In this document: positions 9,437 through 18,696 of the stretch, in pieces
How positions within the stretch are numbered: position 1 is the first letter of the stretch
Layout: each line of letters begins with the position of its first letter
DNA from: Candidatus Omnitrophota bacterium
GTDB lineage: Bacteria; Omnitrophota; Gorgyraeia; Zapsychrales; JANLHA01
Reading direction: 5' to 3'
DNA: 64,000 bases
NCBI GenBank assembly: GCA_029560465.1
Contig: JAKQKX010000020.1
Span: 51,434 to 115,433 of the forward strand
Made by a program: the position numbers and the translations under genes
The notes under the pieces: model-generated
What the model was told of the DNA's origin: nothing
Database searches by the model: none
Seen by the model: only the letters and a program-made list of their open reading frames with translations

Positions 9437-10485
9437 GACCCAGCGACCAGTTCCTTGGATAAAGGGGTGCCGCGGCGGATATCTTTCACCGCATGCCGCC
9501 CCATCACCTTACGCAGTTCTTTCGGCGGCAGCCCATAAGCCGGACGGATCGAGCGGATATTGTCAGCCGTGAATCGCTCGCCTCGTTTGATGTCCGCCAC
9601 AGCAAATAGGGACCGGCGGAACACCCGGCTCTTTCTTTCATTCTCAGTTTTAACATACGTCGCCGTCCCCAAAGCTTGTTCCGTAATCCGGATATTGTCA
9701 ACCAGCCTCTTAAACTCCCGCGGTTCCGTCGAAAAAAAGCTGTCCGGCGTTTTGTGCTTCCGGGTCAAGGTGAAATGTTTTTCGATCATGACCGCGCCCA
9801 GGCATACGGCAGCCACAGACGCGGCTAAAGTCAGAGTGTGATCCGAAAGCCCCACCGGCGCACGGAAACGCTTGGACATGTCCGGGATGACCTTCAAATT
9901 CATCTCCTGCGGTTGCGCCGGATAATTGCTCACGCATTTAAATAAAAGGATGTCTCGGGCCCCTCCCCGCCGGGCGGCCGTGACCGCGTCCTGAATCTCT
10001 TCCTTCTCCGCCATCCCTGTTGACAGGATAAGCGGTTTCCCGGTCCGGGCGGCGTGCGTGATCAAAGGGGTATCCACCAACTCAAAAGACGCGATTTTGT
10101 GTACCGGCACGTTAAGCGTTTCCAGGAAATCAACGGATGAGGCGTCAAATGCGGTCGCAAAAAACCCGAGGCCGACATCGTCCGCCACCGCTTTCAATTT
10201 TCTCAGCCAAGGCCAGGGGGTATACGCTTTTTGATAAAGCTGATACAGGGTCTGGCCGCCCCACTCTGGGTGGCGGATACGGAAATATTTATTACGGGCG
10301 TCAATCGTCATCGTGTCAGGAGTGTACGCCTGAAACTTAACCGCGTCCGCCCCGCATTCTTTCGCTTTGCGGATCATGGCCACCGCGCGCGGAAAACTTT
10401 GCCCGTGGTTCGCGGAAATCTCGGCGACGACATACACGGGGTATTGCCCCCCCACCAGCCTGTCCCCGATTTTAAACGATTTCAT
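9433..10485 (-). CDS. pseI: Pseudaminic acid synthase (NeuB family with SAF domain)
   Basis: VVAEISANHGQSF...AVKFQ NeuB motif; full length 350 aa with a C-terminal SAF-like region; located in the pse cluster. Confidence 0.85.
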   Translation of the reverse strand: MKSFKIGDRLVGGQYPVYVVAEISANHGQSFPRAVAMIRKAKECGADAVKFQAYTPDTMTIDARNKYFRIRHPEWGGQTLYQLYQKAYTPWPWLRKLKAVADDVGLGFFATAFDASSVDFLETLNVPVHKIASFELVDTPLITHAARTGKPLILSTGMAEKEEIQDAVTAARRGGARDILLFKCVSNYPAQPQEMNLKVIPDMSKRFRAPVGLSDHTLTLAASVAAVCLGAVMIEKHFTLTRKHKTPDSFFSTEPREFKRLVDNIRITEQALGTATYVKTENERKSRVFRRSLFAVADIKRGERFTADNIRSIRPAYGLPPKELRKVMGRHAVKDIRRGTPLSKELVAGS

Positions 10486-10497
10486 ATAATCCTTTCC

Positions 10498-10959
10498 TTA
10501 GAAATCATCCGGATACCGATACGTTAACACATCTTTGTCCTCGGAAAAACGCCGGTACCCGGCTTTCGCAAACGCCTTGACCGACGCCAGGTTCCCTTTA
10601 ATGATCCTGGCGATGACCGTGATCGCCCCGATCTCCTTCAAGAACTGTTCTGTCCCGGCCCGGATGACACGGGACCCAAGCCCCTGCCCCATGCAGGCGG
10701 GGTTGAGATGAACGCTCACCTGCGCGCCATCCCCTTCCGCCTCGAAGCGGATCACGCCCACTTTCTCCTCTCCCCGGCGGGCGATGTAAATCCGGCAACG
10801 GGAATCGGATATTTTCCGTTCAAACCACCGCTGATGCTCATCCCAGGGGACTACGGCGGTGTTAAAAAAATTTTTGCGGATGTCCGGGTGGTTACGCCAC
10901 TCCCAGATATCCCGCATATCCTCTTCCCAGGCCAAAGATACAACAATGTCTTCCTTCAT
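10498..10959 (-). CDS. pseH: GNAT N-acetyltransferase, likely UDP-4-amino-4,6-dideoxy-N-acetyl-beta-L-altrosamine N-acetyltransferase
   Basis: GNAT fold with the Q/R-x-x-G-x-G/A-like segment GQGLGSRVI. The start was trimmed to MKEDIVV so that it overlaps the PIG-L stop by 4 bp. Confidence 0.6.
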   Translation of the reverse strand: MKEDIVVSLAWEEDMRDIWEWRNHPDIRKNFFNTAVVPWDEHQRWFERKISDSRCRIYIARRGEEKVGVIRFEAEGDGAQVSVHLNPACMGQGLGSRVIRAGTEQFLKEIGAITVIARIIKGNLASVKAFAKAGYRRFSEDKDVLTYRYPDDF

Positions 10960-11636
10960 CGGATCGCCCTCACCACCTGAAAAGCTTCCGCGTACGCGCA
11001 ACCAGAGACGCTCCCCCACCGTTGCGCGATGGCCAATAAACTCTTTGCCGAACGGGGATGCGGCGCTGGCCGCATTTCCGAGCGGTAACACCGCATCGCC
11101 TTTATTTTCTGCACGATCGTCTCCTCAACATCAATATAAAGCGTCGGGTCAAAAGTCCGGGGATATGCCCATTCCGACGAGGACGGCACTTCAAACGCGT
11201 AAATTTCCCTGACCGGCTCTCCCTTCATGGGCCGGCAGGCGGTCATCACCGCGTTATACGTGATGCGGTGATCAATATTCAAATCACCCCAGTGATGCGT
11301 CAACACCGTGTCGGGCCGGACCTGCCGTTTGATCTCTTCCAGACGCTGGACAATTTCCAAAAGGGAAACCGTGTCCAGTTTGTTATCAGGAAGGTCAAGC
11401 TGATGCACGTCCTTCACGCCTAAGACCTGGTTGGCGGCCGTCATCTGCTCTTTCAATTTTTTCTTTTCGCGATCCTGTCTCCCGGAAGCGCCGTCGCTGT
11501 AACGCGCGGTCACCCCTTCTCCCAATATGACCGTCGCCACACTGTGCCCTTCTTTGACAAAACGGGCGACCGCCGCCCCGCACCCCAACACCTCATCATC
11601 CGGATGAGCCGCGACGACTAAAATTTTTTTCTTCAT
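10956..11636 (-). CDS. PIG-L/LmbE family N-acetyl-sugar deacetylase
   Basis: ILVVAAHPDDEVLG is the canonical HPDDE zinc-binding motif. Confidence 0.8.
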   Translation of the reverse strand: MKKKILVVAAHPDDEVLGCGAAVARFVKEGHSVATVILGEGVTARYSDGASGRQDREKKKLKEQMTAANQVLGVKDVHQLDLPDNKLDTVSLLEIVQRLEEIKRQVRPDTVLTHHWGDLNIDHRITYNAVMTACRPMKGEPVREIYAFEVPSSSEWAYPRTFDPTLYIDVEETIVQKIKAMRCYRSEMRPAPHPRSAKSLLAIAQRWGSVSGCAYAEAFQVVRAIR

Positions 11637-12328
11637 GCCGTCTCCTTTGGACAGATTTCAACCCGCGCGGTGAGCCGCCGGCCTTTCCTCTCTGCCGCAA
11701 AAAATTCAAACCGTAACGCCTTCGTTTCCAAAAACGCGCGGGGGTAACTTTCCGCGTCCAGCATGCGGATCCTGTCATACGCTTCCGGCACGGAAGAGAC
11801 AGAAACAAGGTCGCTCTCTTCGGGCGTCCTCCGCCGGAAAACGACCGCCGCCCCCTTCTGGGGCCGGGGGGTTATCGCGCCGTGAACAATCGCGGGCATC
11901 ATACGCCCGAAAATAACGGCCGCGGCCCGCCGGTAAATTTCCCCAGCCGACCCCCGCAAAGACAACGCGCGCTTCAAGTACACAGGTCCGGCGTCAAATT
12001 CTTCCGTGACCCTGATCGCGGTAATTTTTGTCGACCGGTGTCCCCGGACAATCAAATTCTGCAACGGGCTCCCGCCCCGGCCGTAAGGCAAATCCGTCAT
12101 GTGAAAAGCAACGCACGGGTACGCCGCATAGATATCCGGCGGGATTTTCCAGGACCAATGCGGAAAAAATATAAAATCCGGGTTATACTTTTTGACCGGC
12201 GCGAGGCGTAAATGGTCCCTATTCAGAATCAGGCGCACGGAAACGCACGGATTGTGTTTCCGGAAATCCCGTGCCGCCGCGATATTCCAAGTCTTAACCG
12301 TCGCGATGATAATCTTTTTCTTTTTCAT
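11633..12328 (-). CDS. Formyltransferase-domain protein (Fmt/PurN-like sugar N-formyltransferase)
   Basis: HMTDLPYGRGGSPLQNLI matches the formyl_trans_N H-x-S-L-P-x-x-RG motif. Start taken at MKKKKIIIA. Confidence 0.7.
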   Translation of the reverse strand: MKKKKIIIATVKTWNIAAARDFRKHNPCVSVRLILNRDHLRLAPVKKYNPDFIFFPHWSWKIPPDIYAAYPCVAFHMTDLPYGRGGSPLQNLIVRGHRSTKITAIRVTEEFDAGPVYLKRALSLRGSAGEIYRRAAAVIFGRMMPAIVHGAITPRPQKGAAVVFRRRTPEESDLVSVSSVPEAYDRIRMLDAESYPRAFLETKALRFEFFAAERKGRRLTARVEICPKETA

Positions 12329-13344
12329 AAAGCCACTCGGGGCTGCGCCGCCCCGGCGTTCACCACAGCATCCACGATCCGGAACGCTCCCTGGCCGTCC
12401 ACACAAGCCTTGCCGGTCTTAGCCAAGCCCTGGCGCAACCCTTTATCGTGATATTTTTTCAAGCCCGCCCGCAGGTTAACGAACACCTCCGGGGCTTCGA
12501 TTCTCCCGCAAAACTCAATCATCCCTTTATGCTGAAGCCCGCGGACGTTCGCGGACTGATTATCAGCCACGCAAACGGCCAAAGTCGGGACCCCGCACCG
12601 GGCCAACTCATACAGGGTTTGGCCGCCCGCCGACACCGCCAAATCCGCTTCCAGCATGCGGGCCTTCATCTGTTGGGCGTCCAGGGCCGCGACAAATTCG
12701 GTTCGCTCGTCCGCCTGCTCAAGCAACGCGGCGTCAGGCCCGCAGCCATGCCCTAAAATAACCGTCTTCTTCACAGCGGGGTATTCCGCTTTTATCGCCT
12801 GATAACACAGCGGCGTGGCCTGTTTCATATCGCTGCCGCCCATCGTTAATAAAATATTCTCAACGCTTTCGCGCACAGGTCTTTGGGGAACCGCCCAAAA
12901 CACCGAACGCAAAGGCATGTATTGTTCACCGAGAAGATAAACCGTCCCCTCCCGGGATGGGTATAAAAACTGTTCCGGACAGGCCGTGGCGTTGACGACA
13001 AACCCCGGAGGATAAAGCAAACGTTTATAATCATCCAGATAAACAACGGACCGGGCAGCTCCTGACACGGCGAGGTAAACAGGCTCCGGCGCCCAATAAG
13101 AATCGATCACAACGGCATCGAGACCCGAAGCCAAAAGGTTGTTTAAACACCCGTTTTCAAACCAGCAAAAAACGTCACTGGCCATGCCTTTTGTGAACGC
13201 GGCCGCTGATCCGTCCCCGTTAATAACCATGCGCGGGGTAAAATCCCGGGACTCAAAAGCCTGATACAACGCCGTGCACCGGGCGAGATGCCCGAATCCG
13301 AACCTTTTTCCCCCTTCGGTGAGGATCAGGACATCACGTTTCAT
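12325..13344 (-). CDS. pseG: UDP-2,4-diacetamido-2,4,6-trideoxy-beta-L-altropyranose hydrolase (MurG-like fold)
   Basis: N-terminal LILTEGGKRFGFGHLARCTALYQ matches the PseG GxGHxxRC motif. Length is 339 aa. Confidence 0.75.
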   Translation of the reverse strand: MKRDVLILTEGGKRFGFGHLARCTALYQAFESRDFTPRMVINGDGSAAAFTKGMASDVFCWFENGCLNNLLASGLDAVVIDSYWAPEPVYLAVSGAARSVVYLDDYKRLLYPPGFVVNATACPEQFLYPSREGTVYLLGEQYMPLRSVFWAVPQRPVRESVENILLTMGGSDMKQATPLCYQAIKAEYPAVKKTVILGHGCGPDAALLEQADERTEFVAALDAQQMKARMLEADLAVSAGGQTLYELARCGVPTLAVCVADNQSANVRGLQHKGMIEFCGRIEAPEVFVNLRAGLKKYHDKGLRQGLAKTGKACVDGQGAFRIVDAVVNAGAAQPRVAL

Positions 13345-14073
13345 TTATAGACTCGCCTCGAGGGCCGCCTGATATTTCATATAAAATTCCGCCTTGAGAA
13401 AATCCTGTTCATGATCAATTTCCGTGGCATAGCGCTCATCATGAACAAGAAGCGCCACCCGGTCTCCCATGTAAGCGTGCACTTTCAAGACCCCGGCCGC
13501 CGCCAGCAAGGGACCTCTTCTTAAAACAATGACCGCCCCATCCAACAAATACAGCGTGGGCAAATCCTGCATCCGGAAAGCATGGGCCGATGGTATAAAA
13601 GGGCGGATCAACCCGCTTTCGGGGTCCAGGATTTTCATCCATTCCGGCCGCTGATCAATCGCGTAGGCGGTCGCCACCGCCGTGCCATCCTCACGGGACA
13701 CCAGTTTTTGCACCGCCTCATCGATCTCCCCATCCTTGCGGATGGGGACATTCGCCTGAAGGGCCACGACAATATCAAAAGTTTTTCCACCCGCCTCTTC
13801 TTCCGCCTGTAAGGCGTGGCGCAAAGCGTCGTCGAACGGGGATGTGTCCCGGGCCAACTCCGCCGGACGCATGATCACCTCCGCGCCATACCTTCCGGCA
13901 ACGGCGCCAATCTCATCATTATCAGTGGACACAACGACCTTATTGCAAAGCCGGCTCTTCAACGCCATCTCGACCGTATAAGCAATAAGAGGCTTGCCGC
14001 AGAGGTCCCGCACATGCTTCATCGGCGCGCGCCGGCTTCCGCCCCTGGCGGGGATCACGCATAGCACATTCAT
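13345..14073 (-). CDS. pseF: Pseudaminic acid cytidylyltransferase (CMP-Pse synthetase)
   Basis: MNVLCVIPARGGSRRAPMKHVRDLCGKPLIAYT is a CTP_transf_3 N-terminus. Confidence 0.8.
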   Translation of the reverse strand: MNVLCVIPARGGSRRAPMKHVRDLCGKPLIAYTVEMALKSRLCNKVVVSTDNDEIGAVAGRYGAEVIMRPAELARDTSPFDDALRHALQAEEEAGGKTFDIVVALQANVPIRKDGEIDEAVQKLVSREDGTAVATAYAIDQRPEWMKILDPESGLIRPFIPSAHAFRMQDLPTLYLLDGAVIVLRRGPLLAAAGVLKVHAYMGDRVALLVHDERYATEIDHEQDFLKAEFYMKYQAALEASL

Positions 14074-14089
14074 GAAATCTCCCTTATTT

Positions 14090-15247
14090 TCATGCCAACA
14101 CCTTGATTAACGTTTGCACAACATGCCGCACGTCGCATTTACGCAACTGCGGATAAAGCGGCAGGGTCATGGCCCGCTCATAATACTGCTCCGCAAAAGG
14201 GAACTGCCCGCGCCGGTAACCAAACCGCTTCTGGTAATACGGCTGAAGGTGAATCGGTATATAATGGACCTGCGGGAGAATCCCCTCCCGCAGCAACGCC
14301 TGAAACGTCCTGTCTCTTAACGCCGCGTCTTTAAACTGGATCACAAAAATATGCCATGCGGCCTTCACGTCTTTCTTTTCCACCGGGAGAATAAAACGCG
14401 AATCTTGCGCCAGCAAAGCATGATACGTCTCCACGTGCGTTCTGCGCTGGTCAAGAAACCGGTCCAGTTTTCTCAACTGGGAAACCCCCAACGCGCACTG
14501 CAGATCGGTGATCCGGTAGTTATACCCCAGGACCGGCATCTCGTAATACCACGGCCCGTCGTTCCTGGTTAATAAACGCGGGGTTTTCGTCATCCCGTGC
14601 GTGCGGAAAATCTGCAGCCGCTCATAAAGGTCTTTACGGTTCGTCAGGATGGCCCCGCCTTCTCCGGTCGTGATGTTCTTCACCGGGTGAAAACTGAACA
14701 CGGTCATATCCGAATACGCGCCGCCGCCGATTTTTTTCCCGCGGTATTCCGCCCCCAGCGCATGACAGGCGTCTTCGATCACCAGAAGCTTACGCTTCCG
14801 GGCGATACGCCGGATCGCCGCCATATCAGCGGGGTGCCCGGCGAAATGCACCGGGATCAGCGCCTTGGTCCTGGCGCTGATCTTTTTTTCGATCGCCGCA
14901 GGATCTATATTCACCGTCTCCTCATCAATATCCGCGAACACCGGCGTCCCTCCGCAGTACACGACACAGTTCGCCGAGGCCAAAAATGTCACCGGAGATG
15001 TGATGACTTCGTCTCCCGGAGCGATCCCCGCGGCCAGGCAGGCCATGTGAAGCGCCGCGGTCCCGTTCGACACGGCCACCGCGTATTTCGCGCCGGTGTA
15101 CCGGCACAGGGCCTCTTCAAACTCCCTGATCTTCGGCCCCTGGGACAGCCAGTCCGAACGGAGCACATCCGTGACCGCTTTGATGTCGTCCTTGGTGATC
15201 GTCTGCCGACCGTAAGAAATTTTGCGTTTCCTCATCATCTTAACCAT
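14090..15247 (-). CDS. pseC: DegT/DnrJ/EryC1 PLP-dependent aminotransferase (UDP-4-keto-6-deoxy-AltNAc aminotransferase)
   Basis: Strong similarity to sugar aminotransferases: GPKIREFEE, AVSNGTAALH, SFHPVKNITTGEGG. Confidence 0.85.
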   Translation of the reverse strand: MVKMMRKRKISYGRQTITKDDIKAVTDVLRSDWLSQGPKIREFEEALCRYTGAKYAVAVSNGTAALHMACLAAGIAPGDEVITSPVTFLASANCVVYCGGTPVFADIDEETVNIDPAAIEKKISARTKALIPVHFAGHPADMAAIRRIARKRKLLVIEDACHALGAEYRGKKIGGGAYSDMTVFSFHPVKNITTGEGGAILTNRKDLYERLQIFRTHGMTKTPRLLTRNDGPWYYEMPVLGYNYRITDLQCALGVSQLRKLDRFLDQRRTHVETYHALLAQDSRFILPVEKKDVKAAWHIFVIQFKDAALRDRTFQALLREGILPQVHYIPIHLQPYYQKRFGYRRGQFPFAEQYYERAMTLPLYPQLRKCDVRHVVQTLIKVLA

Positions 15248-15249
15248 GG

Positions 15250-16695
15250 TTATTTCTTCACATACTCCTTAAATTTCTTAATGACGCCCCATTCCGTCAC
15301 CGCGCGGTAAACCCGCATCAACCGGTAAGAGCAATGCAGCCGGGAGACAAAACATCTGGCCAGCAATTTCCAGAGCGGGCGGTGGCCTTTGTAGACATAA
15401 TAATCAAACCACACGAAATAATGCATCAATCTCCGCCGGGGCAATCCCTTTAAATTCAGGACCGGCCGGGAACGTTCCCGCTCGACATCGAGCCGTTGGG
15501 GCAAAAGCTTCATCTCGCGGCACACCCGGTGGATTTCAGTGCCGGGATACGGGAAAAAGATGGAATGCGAAGGCCACATGTCCGGCTGGCAGGCGCGGTT
15601 GACCGCGATCGTCTGACGGACATCTTCCTCGGTTTCCGTGGGCAGGCCGATCATGTTCAAAAAATGCACTTTGAGCCTGTTCTCCCGGGCCAAGGACGCT
15701 GTGCGGATGATATCGTCATTCGAATAATGCCGTTTCATAATTTCCCGGCGGATGCGTTCGCTCCCCGACTCCACACCCACATTAATAAACGTAAAACCGC
15801 TCCCCCTCATGGCGGCAAACAGCGGGCCGAAATCCGTGTTCGGCGTGACCCGGATATTCACCCCGAAATCCAGCGGCACCGCCCGTTGGCTGTTAAAGGC
15901 CGCCAATTGTCGGCACAAATCCAGGGCCCAAGGCATATTCACGTTAAACGTCTCGACTTCAAAATACACCTCCCGCACAGACGGTTGCTGTTCCGTGATG
16001 TCCTGAAGCTCGGCGATAATGTTGCCGGCGGAACGGCAACGCACATACGCGCCTGAAGCGAGCTTCTTCAGGGCATGATTGGAACAGTACGTGCATTGAA
16101 ACGGGCACCCACGCCCCAACAAGACCGCCGGACGGCTGTCTAAATCCAGGGTCCAGGGCCGCCACATCTCCCGGTCCGGGAAAGGGAGCTCATCAAGGTT
16201 CTCCCAAAACGGCCGCAAACGGTTCTTTTCAACCTTGCCGTTACGGTTAAACCAAAAGTTCTCAATTCCAGACGGTGAACGGCCGCCCTCCAGTCTCTCA
16301 ACCAGTTCCAGGGTCGGGTATTCCCCTTCCCCCAGGCAAACGGCGTCCAGATCCGTCCCCAGCCCGTCTTCCGGGTTCAAAGAAAGATGGCACCCTCCCC
16401 CCAGAAGAAAAATCTGGGGGAATTCCGCCTTTATATTTTTTATCCAGCGGGTGATAAAAAAGAATTCGCTCGTGACCGCGGAAAAACACAGGACCGCCGG
16501 CTTAAAATCGTTGATAAAAGCCCGGAACGCGTCCATCCGCGTATCTTTCGTCAACACAAACAATGTCGTGCGGTGCCCGTGCTTCTTTAACAGCGCCGAA
16601 ATGTAGGAAATCCCGAAATTCATTTCTTCCTGGTACTGAAGCGGTTTTTCAGGAGAAAACACATTCTGGGACGAAAAAACAAACGCGATATTCAT
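15250..16695 (-). CDS. B12-binding-domain radical SAM enzyme
   Basis: N-terminal Rossmann-like cobalamin-binding domain; CxxxCxxC cluster GRGCPFQCTYCSN. Length is 481 aa. Confidence 0.8.
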   Translation of the reverse strand: MNIAFVFSSQNVFSPEKPLQYQEEMNFGISYISALLKKHGHRTTLFVLTKDTRMDAFRAFINDFKPAVLCFSAVTSEFFFITRWIKNIKAEFPQIFLLGGGCHLSLNPEDGLGTDLDAVCLGEGEYPTLELVERLEGGRSPSGIENFWFNRNGKVEKNRLRPFWENLDELPFPDREMWRPWTLDLDSRPAVLLGRGCPFQCTYCSNHALKKLASGAYVRCRSAGNIIAELQDITEQQPSVREVYFEVETFNVNMPWALDLCRQLAAFNSQRAVPLDFGVNIRVTPNTDFGPLFAAMRGSGFTFINVGVESGSERIRREIMKRHYSNDDIIRTASLARENRLKVHFLNMIGLPTETEEDVRQTIAVNRACQPDMWPSHSIFFPYPGTEIHRVCREMKLLPQRLDVERERSRPVLNLKGLPRRRLMHYFVWFDYYVYKGHRPLWKLLARCFVSRLHCSYRLMRVYRAVTEWGVIKKFKEYVKK

Positions 16696-16710
16696 GGTTC
16701 TCCTGCAGGA

Positions 16711-17694
16711 TCAAAGGCCGGCAATGACCCGCTTTAATTGTTCAACCGTGAGCCACTGCTGGTTCGTGTCGCTGGTGTAAGCGAACCCCTCCGGGACAGA
16801 CGACAATTTATCATACTGGCAGTGAACCTCCTGTGTGTCAAAAAACTGCGGAAGAATGACATAATTGTCCCCGTCGATTTTCGTGTTACGGGATTCATCC
16901 CCGGAAATCAAGGTTTCATGGACTTTCTCCCCCGGGCGGATGCCGATTATTTTAAACGTGCAGTCCGGCTCGATGGCCCGGGCCAGATCAACGATCTTCA
17001 TGGAGGGAACCCGGGGGATAAAGACCTCCCCCCCTTCGGAAGTATCCAGGGCCTTGATAACAAGCTGGACGCACTGATCCAGCGTGATCCAGAAGCGGGT
17101 CATCCTTTCATCGGTGAGAGGAAACTCCCGGCATTTTTTGCTTTTCAAATTCAGGAACAACGGGATCACGCTCCCCCGGGACCCCATCACGTTCCCGTAA
17201 CGGACCGCGGAAAACTTGACCCTCCCGCCGGCGAAAGCGTTGGCGGCGATGAAAATTTTCTCCGCGACCAGCTTCGTCGCTCCGTAAAGGTTGACCGGGT
17301 TCACGGCCTTGTCGGTGGACAGCGCGACCACTTTTTTGACCCTGGCGTCAATCGCCGCGTTGACGATATTGTCGGCGCCGATGACGTTGGTCTTCACCGC
17401 TTCCGTCGGATTATATTCCAACGCCGGGACCTGCTTGAGCGCCGCGGCATGAACCACGTAATCGACCCCTTCGAAAGCCCGGTAAAGCCGGTCGCGGTCG
17501 CGGATGTCTCCGAGAAAATAACGGACCGGGTATTTCCGGTCCGGGAAAACCCGGGACATCTCGAACTGTTTAAACTCGTCCCGGCTGAAAATAATAAGCT
17601 TCTTCAACTGATATTTATTCAAAAGGACTTCTGTGAATTTCTTCCCGAACGACCCTGTCCCGCCGGTCACCAGCACCACTTTTTGATTCAACAT
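16711..17694 (-). CDS. pseB: UDP-N-acetylglucosamine 4,6-dehydratase (inverting)
   Basis: VLVTGGTGSFGKKF plus a CapD/FlaA1-like body. Start taken at MLNQKVV. Confidence 0.85.
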   Translation of the reverse strand: MLNQKVVLVTGGTGSFGKKFTEVLLNKYQLKKLIIFSRDEFKQFEMSRVFPDRKYPVRYFLGDIRDRDRLYRAFEGVDYVVHAAALKQVPALEYNPTEAVKTNVIGADNIVNAAIDARVKKVVALSTDKAVNPVNLYGATKLVAEKIFIAANAFAGGRVKFSAVRYGNVMGSRGSVIPLFLNLKSKKCREFPLTDERMTRFWITLDQCVQLVIKALDTSEGGEVFIPRVPSMKIVDLARAIEPDCTFKIIGIRPGEKVHETLISGDESRNTKIDGDNYVILPQFFDTQEVHCQYDKLSSVPEGFAYTSDTNQQWLTVEQLKRVIAGL

Positions 17695-17719
17695 GAGAAC
17701 TCCTTCATAAAATAACGCG

Positions 17720-18682
17720 TTATCCGATAGAAGATTTCCGTTTGAGTGCCCGGTACTCCGCGATCGTCCGCTCCACACCTTCGGCAAGCGAAATGCGCGG
17801 CGTAAAGCCCAACGCGGTCATCCGGTTTATATCCATGCATTTCCGGGCCATGCCGTCCGGCTTGCTTGTGTCCCACGCCAGCCGGCCCCGGAAACCCGCT
17901 TTCTGCGCGATCAATTCCGCCAGGGAACGGATCGTCACCTCTTTCCCGCTTCCCACATTAATAAATTCCGGAGAGTCATAGTGCTCCATCATATACACAA
18001 TCGCGGCCGCCGCATCATCCACGTGCAGGAATTCCCGGAGGGCGCTCCCGGTCCCCCAGAGGGGAACCGCGTCCCGGCCCTCATCCACCGCGTCAACCGT
18101 CTTTTTCACCAAAGCGGAAAGGACATGCGATTTATCCAAATCAAAGCAATCATTCGTCCCGTAGAGATTGCACGGCATCAGGCTGATCCCGGGAAACCCG
18201 TATTGCCGGTTATAATATTCCACCATCTTCAAACCCGCGATCTTGGCCAAAGCATACCCTTCGTTTGTCGGCTCCAAAGCGCCGGTCAACAGATAGTCCT
18301 CCTTCATGGGCTGCGGGCACTCCCTCGGGAAAATGCAGGAACTGCCCAAGAAACAAAATTTCCGGGCACCGTGGACATAAGCCTGATGAATAATATTATT
18401 TTGAATCACCAGGTTTTCATAAAGGAACTCCGCCTTATGTTCATTGTTGGCTTTAATCCCTCCCACCCGCGCTGCGGCGTCGATCACGATATCAGGTTTC
18501 TCCCGGGAGAAAAACTCTTTAACCGCTTCCGTATCCATCAAATCCAATTCCACCCGGGACCTTAAAACAAAATTGGAGAACCCCCTGCCTTTGAGCTGCC
18601 GCACAACGGCAGAACCGACCATGCCGTTATGCCCGGCCACAAAAATTTTATACTCCGGACGTATTTCAAATACCTTCTTCAC
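17720..18682 (-). CDS. fcl: GDP-L-fucose synthase (GDP-4-keto-6-deoxy-D-mannose 3,5-epimerase/4-reductase)
   Basis: IFVAGHNGMVGSA, YALAKIAGL and CNLYG are typical of Fcl. Confidence 0.8.
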   Translation of the reverse strand: MKKVFEIRPEYKIFVAGHNGMVGSAVVRQLKGRGFSNFVLRSRVELDLMDTEAVKEFFSREKPDIVIDAAARVGGIKANNEHKAEFLYENLVIQNNIIHQAYVHGARKFCFLGSSCIFPRECPQPMKEDYLLTGALEPTNEGYALAKIAGLKMVEYYNRQYGFPGISLMPCNLYGTNDCFDLDKSHVLSALVKKTVDAVDEGRDAVPLWGTGSALREFLHVDDAAAAIVYMMEHYDSPEFINVGSGKEVTIRSLAELIAQKAGFRGRLAWDTSKPDGMARKCMDINRMTALGFTPRISLAEGVERTIAEYRALKRKSSIG

Positions 18683-18696
18683 TTAACACCTCGTTT

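Noticed and set aside
14597-15310. Long plus-strand ORFs antisense to pseC, pseB, metH and others (e.g. 14597..15310, 16738..17715, 37498..38490, 8339..8989, 58626..59345)
   Set aside because: They lie entirely within well-supported minus-strand genes and have Arg/Pro-rich low-complexity translations typical of antisense frames in GC-rich coding DNA. No motif was recognised.
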